11,815 bases of DNA from Octopus sinensis (Eukaryota): the NCBI RefSeq assembly GCF_006345805.1, contig NW_021827442.1, positions 1 through 11,815 of the forward strand, written 5' to 3'. Of the stretch, positions 7,791 through 11,815 are shown piece by piece. The stretch's first letter is position 1. Each line of letters starts with the position of its first letter. A program made the position numbers and the translations under genes. Below the pieces are notes generated by a model that worked only from the letters and a program-made list of their open reading frames with translations, was not told the origin of the DNA and ran no database searches.

Positions 7791-8090
7791 TTAGAATCCA
7801 TATTTTTACTATGTTCCTGCACGAGATTCCCATTATGTCTTTTAGTTTTTATAAATATATTTTATTTTTTTATTTTTTTTCCCCATTTTAATCATGCGAA
7901 AGTGTATGAGGATATGTATATGTATGTATATATGTGTGTATGTGTATATATGTGTATGTGTATGTGTATGTATATGAGTGTAAGACTGAGCCCGATGAAT
8001 AGGTGCGACTTTCATGCTCACGTCCCCTTCATTTACACGGATATGCATATGTTTGTATATGTTCGGGTGTAGGGGTGTGATAGGAGGATT

Positions 8091-8097
<7 letters not shown>

Positions 8098-8144
<47 letters not shown>

Positions 8145-8345
8145 TATAAACACATATATATATACATACATATAATTATATATATATACATACATATATA
8201 TATATATATACTACATATATATATAATATATATATACATATATACTATATACATATATATATATATGTATATATATATATACATATATACATATATACAT
8301 ATATATAATATATGTATATATATACATATGTATATATATATATAA
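8098..8345. repeat. Long imperfect (TA)n microsatellite
   Basis: Direct reading. Confidence 0.95.
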
Positions 8346-8880
8346 TAATGATGGCCGTCCACTCGTGACCGAGGAAGACCATTGCCGACCTTCAAGAACA
8401 TTGTGCGCTCTAGGACTAACTTATATTTTTGCATTTGCAGCTCCGTTGGTGGCTAATGAGCCCTGCTCTTGACGAGCATACACGACTGCAAACATTGCAG
8501 ACCAAGCTTTCCCCATTCACTATATGAGCCGTGCGCTTTCGCACAGCTCGCTTAAGTTCTTCATGCTGGATACGTGCTCTCTCAAAAGTTGATCCCGTCC
8601 TTAACCTGCTTCCTCCATCCGTGGCGATGACAGGCATTGTTCACACAGTCAGTGTGTCCTGCATATCACAGGCCTTTAATGAGGACTTGACATAGTCCTT
8701 AAATCGCAGCCTGGTTTCTCTCCGGAGTCTCCTTCCGTTCACAGTTCTCCATAGAGCATCTGCTTAGGAATCCTTCTATCCTTCATTCTAATAGGTGTCC
8801 AGTCCCACCGTAACCGGTGCTTGTGCACCATCGCCTCAAATACTCAAGATATCAGCTGTCCTCAGGACCTGTGTGTCTGT
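8342..8880 (-). mobile_element. RTE-clade LINE, 5'-truncated 3' end with frameshifts
   Basis: Minus-strand fragments HKHRLRW, RMKDRRIPKQMLYGEL, RLRFKDYVKSSLKAC and [21 protein letters not shown] are typical of the RTE ORF C-terminus. Short catcattatt tail at about 8345. Confidence 0.9.
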
Positions 8881-8894
8881 ATATATATATATAT

Positions 8895-9100
8895 ATTATA
8901 ATAAAATATTAGGGAGTAAATCAAACTTACAGGGAAAAATTAGATTTAGGATAAATCTAATTTTACAATATAAATATATATTAATTAGAGATAAAACCAC
9001 AATTAGGCAAATTAGATTTATTAATTAAATTTATTTCTATGTTTTGGTTTATGTTTTTCACTGTTTGATTTGCCCAACAGTGGTTTATCTCTAATTTAAT
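8895..9100. repeat. AT-rich fold-back segment between (TA)n tracts
   Basis: Perfect 13-bp hairpin at 8936-8964 and imperfect inverted repeat at about 8984-9011 / 9069-9096. Confidence 0.7.
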
Positions 9101-9104
9101 ATAC

Positions 9105-9122
9105 ATTATATTATATATATAT

Positions 9123-9153
<31 letters not shown>

Positions 9154-9158
9154 CATAC

Positions 9159-9226
<68 letters not shown>

Positions 9227-9275
9227 ATTATACATATATAATATATATATATATATATATATTATATATACATAT
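9105..9275. repeat. Imperfect (TA)n microsatellite
   Basis: Direct reading. Confidence 0.95.
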
Positions 9276-9680
9276 ATGCCAGCCCCATACTCAACTCGTC
9301 GTTCTGTCGAAAGACCCTTGTCCTACGTCCTGGTTTTGTTTTGTTGTTTATTTTTTATTTTTACCGTTATTGTTTTTACGTTTTTGTATTCTTATTGGTG
9401 TCACGTATTCTGTATTTTTGTTCGTGTACTTCGTTCGTTTTCCGTCCTCTTTGTATACATTCGAAGCTTTCTTCCAGGGGATCTAATGCGCTTGGCTTAG
9501 ATTTCCTTGGCGGCTGGCCATATCGGAGGCAATCTCAAGATTAATCAGCCGAAAATTGCTAGATGATCTGGTTCTTGACTGATGACTGAGGGCTTCGAAT
9601 GTCCCGTCCTGTGGTTCTTGTGTCGTCTCTGTGGTGTTTCATGTTCTTGTCCATGTCTGTAATTATTTTACTGTTTACCT
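9276..9680 (+). mobile_element. Unclassified structured repeat-like segment bounded by (TA)n on both sides
   Basis: Non-coding. 15-bp inverted repeat at 9457-9471 / 9588-9602 and CTGATGA at 9579-9585. Confidence 0.45.
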
Positions 9681-9736
9681 ATATATATATATATATATAT
9701 ATAATAGAAATATTAAAATAACTAAGTCTCTCTAAA

Positions 9737-10060
9737 AGAGAGACTTAGTTATTTTAATATTCTATTATTGAAAACAAGTGGATGTATTCCACCGAAACTA
9801 GGTAAATAAAACCATCGAACAGAGATTGTCGGAAGCGACACCTACTGGCTGGCTACGCTGCATTGAAAGGGGGCAATACCCCGAAACGCGTCTGTAGCTG
9901 CCGGTCAAGTAGTGGGTGGAGCGACTGACCTCCCTTGTTCGAAGGTTATATGGTCAGTTTGTGTATTAATAGCTAACTTAAGCGATGGCCTCATGGAGCT
10001 AATAAGCGGACAGCTTTTTCTTATTTTTATAAGAATGCCATATTAGTATGGCGATAACTA

Positions 10061-10066
<6 letters not shown>
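9737..10066 (+). mobile_element. Hammerhead-bearing repeat terminus (probably PLE-derived), preceded by an inverted copy of its own 5' end and followed by (TA)n
   Basis: Hairpin at 9701-9768, hammerhead motifs at 9763-9808 and 9842-9912, terminal hairpins at 10018-10052. Confidence 0.6.
9842..9912 (+). ncRNA. Type I hammerhead ribozyme-like motif, U3:A8 variant
   Basis: GCUGCA(9857-9862)/UUGAAAG/GGGG-CAAUA-CCCC/GAAA/CGCG/UC/UGUAGC(9893-9898), with stem I extended to 9842-9912. Confidence 0.75.
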
Positions 10067-10107
<41 letters not shown>

Positions 10108-10251
10108 TACATGTGCATGAGTGTGTATGTATGCCTGTATATTTATATGTATAAATGTCTAAATGTATTATGTTACATACACTCATGCAAACACCTGTGT
10201 GTATATAAGGATGAAGTTGTGTGTACACGTATACATGTGTGTGTGTATATA

Positions 10252-10314
10252 TGATTGATTGATTGATTGATTCTAGTTTCAGCTCATGAGCTGTGGCCAT
10301 GCTGGGGCACCGCC
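10252..10314 (-). mobile_element. SINE 3' end with (AATC)n tail
   Basis: Reverse complement ggcggtgccccagcatggccacag resembles ggtagtgctccagcatggctgcag at 4629-4652. Confidence 0.65.
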
Positions 10315-10505
10315 ATTTGGTGTTGCTACTTGGTTTCACTCCATGGAGGCTTTCTAGCAACTGCTATTTGGTGCATGAGAGAGTTCGATGCAGCTGCCCT
10401 CATACATATATATACATATAAAATACAATATATACATACATACACATGCGTTTGAATCTGCCGATGCGTATGGCTAAGTACCAGGTGCTCTTCCGTATTT
10501 TCCAG

Positions 10506-10643
10506 ACCAACCCTGACCTACCCACCGTAGAAGATATACCTACTCTCAACTCACACTTCTATGAGATGGCCGGTCAAGAAGGTCACTCGATGGCCACCAC
10601 CTCAGACATGGAACTCAACACCAACTCTGTAGCTATGTGGACA
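10506..10643 (+). CDS. Candidate further exon; TNPDLPTVEDIPTLNSHFYEMAGQEGHSMATTSDMELNTNSVAMWT
   Basis: Acceptor ctcttccgtattttccag (AG 10504-10505), donor aca/gtaagt (10644). 138 nt, phase 0 to 0, open frame. Link to the upstream exons is not established. Confidence 0.5.
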
Positions 10644-10667
10644 GTAAGTTATTTGTTGTTGTTGTCC

Positions 10668-10748
10668 ATCACCACCACTACCACCAGCACCACCACTACC
10701 ACCAGCACCACCACTACCACCACCACCACCACTACCACCACTACCACA
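10668..10748. repeat. (CAC/TAC/CAG)n trinucleotide tract
   Basis: Direct reading. Confidence 0.9.
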
Positions 10749-10750
10749 AG

Positions 10751-10761
10751 CAAATACACAA

Positions 10762-10792
<31 letters not shown>

Positions 10793-10963
10793 CATATATA
10801 CGACAGGCTTCTTTCAGTTTCCGTCTACCAAATTCACTCACAAGGCTTTGGTCGACCCGGGGCTATAGCAGAAGACACTTGCCCAAGATGCCACGCAGTG
10901 GGATTGAACCCGGAACCATGTGGTTGGTTAGCAAGCTACTTACCACACAGCCACTCCTGCGCC
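10751..10963 (-). mobile_element. tRNA-derived SINE head with microsatellite
   Basis: Same family as 6062-6359. Confidence 0.9.
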
Positions 10964-11194
10964 TATTTGCAAATTTTTTTTTCTTTGCAAATTTTTTTTT
11001 TCTTTGGAAAAATTTTCCACCCACGACCATCGCATCTGATGGAGGGTTTTTGCATTAGGGGTTGCTAGAATCCTTCGGCCTGGAAGTGGTGCTGAGGGAA
11101 ATTACACATCTTACAGACTCAGCAAGCCTGCGTGTACCATTGGACAGGTTATCCAAGGTGTGCTTAGACGGATAAATAACTTGAGAACAGCTTT

Positions 11195-11395
11195 TCTGTT
11201 TTTCTTTTCATTTGTTTCAGCCATACTGGAGCACCACCTTAAATGTGTTTTTAGTCAAAGAAGTCAATCCCAGGACTTATTCTTTGTAAACCTAGTACTT
11301 ATTCTATTGGTCTGTTTTGCTGAACTGCTAAGTTACAGGGACATAAACACACTAATACCAGTTGTCAAGCGATAGCAGGGAGACAAACACACAAA
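11195..11395 (-). mobile_element. 3' half of the tRNA-derived SINE
   Basis: Reverse complement aligns to 4500-4680. Confidence 0.8.
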
Positions 11396-11404
11396 TATAT
11401 ACCT

Positions 11405-11710
11405 ATGTGTATATATATTTAAGTAGTTGAATGAATTATCCTAGTATGGATAATTCGGTTAACCGATACCCGGGTAGCAAATTCACGTCAGAAAAACACG
11501 GTTGAAGCTACATGCCAAGGGCAGAGATCACGTGCTTTCATGTGGAAATTTGTGTGTTTTTTTTAATACAAATAAATGAAAGAATGGAGTTGAACGACGA
11601 TTTAACAAAATTCCTTTATTCTCGACATACGTTTCAAAGACTGCATATTCCTAATTTCGAAGGAATAAGGGGTGCATTATGCTGTCTTCTCATCAGGAAA
11701 GACAATGTCA
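11405..11710 (-). mobile_element. Hammerhead-bearing repeat terminus (probably PLE-derived)
   Basis: Contains the canonical hammerhead at 11620-11700 and ends in consecutive palindromes and a TA-rich tract. Confidence 0.55.
11620..11700 (-). ncRNA. Type I hammerhead ribozyme with canonical core
   Basis: Minus strand: UUUC/CUGAUGA(11696-11690)/GAAGAC...GUCUUU/GAAA(11635-11632)/C-GUAU-G/UC(11625-11624)/GAGA. Confidence 0.85.
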
Positions 11711-11724
11711 GCATCATGAAGAGA

Positions 11725-11815
11725 ACCATCCGAACATGGCCGTTGCCAGCACCGCCCCGACTGGACTCGTGCTGGTGGCACGTAAAAAGCACCATCCGAT
11801 CGTGGCCGTTGCCAG
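11725..11815 (+). repeat. Internal tandem units of the 5533-5990 SINE family, opposite orientation, running off the window
   Basis: accatccga..tggccgttgccag at 11725 and 11791 (period 66); reverse complement resembles the 5711-5985 units. Confidence 0.8.

Noticed and set aside
8033-8434. YI-rich ORFs, and similar ORFs at 10048-10360
   Set aside because: They are translations of (TA)n microsatellites.
9305-9330. GAAAGAC-CCUU-GUCCUA hairpin resembling hammerhead stem III
   Set aside because: There is no upstream CUGANGA-like core or stem II, and A15.1 has no U partner in register.
10966-11016. Three imperfect tttgcaaatttttttttc repeats
   Set aside because: A low-complexity slippage product next to a SINE head.

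Overview
AT-rich, microsatellite-dense eukaryotic DNA. The SINE families match those I recall from Octopus (coleoid cephalopod); this is recognition, not a database hit. The window holds part of an unidentified plus-strand protein-coding gene that the ORF track misses. Exons 351-447, 777-887, 1628-1730 and 5141-5285/5289 have canonical AG/GT sites and compatible phases, and join into about 152 aa without stops. A 1.45-kb tandem duplication (1581-3035 / 3036-4468) copies the third exon, and a 1-nt deletion puts the second copy in frame after the first. The introns contain many tRNA-derived SINEs, a decayed RTE LINE 3' end and a Penelope-like (PLE) endonuclease fragment. The main hunt result is a set of short, mutually unrelated repeat termini next to TA-rich tracts that fold into hammerhead ribozymes. 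One is a canonical type I on the minus strand (11620-11700). One is a U3:A8 compensatory variant with a long stem I (9842-9912). Two are copies of a CUGUAGAA-core minimal variant (503-538, 4959-4994). Two weaker motifs lie at 9524-9606 and 9763-9808. All folds were done by eye, and activity is untested.
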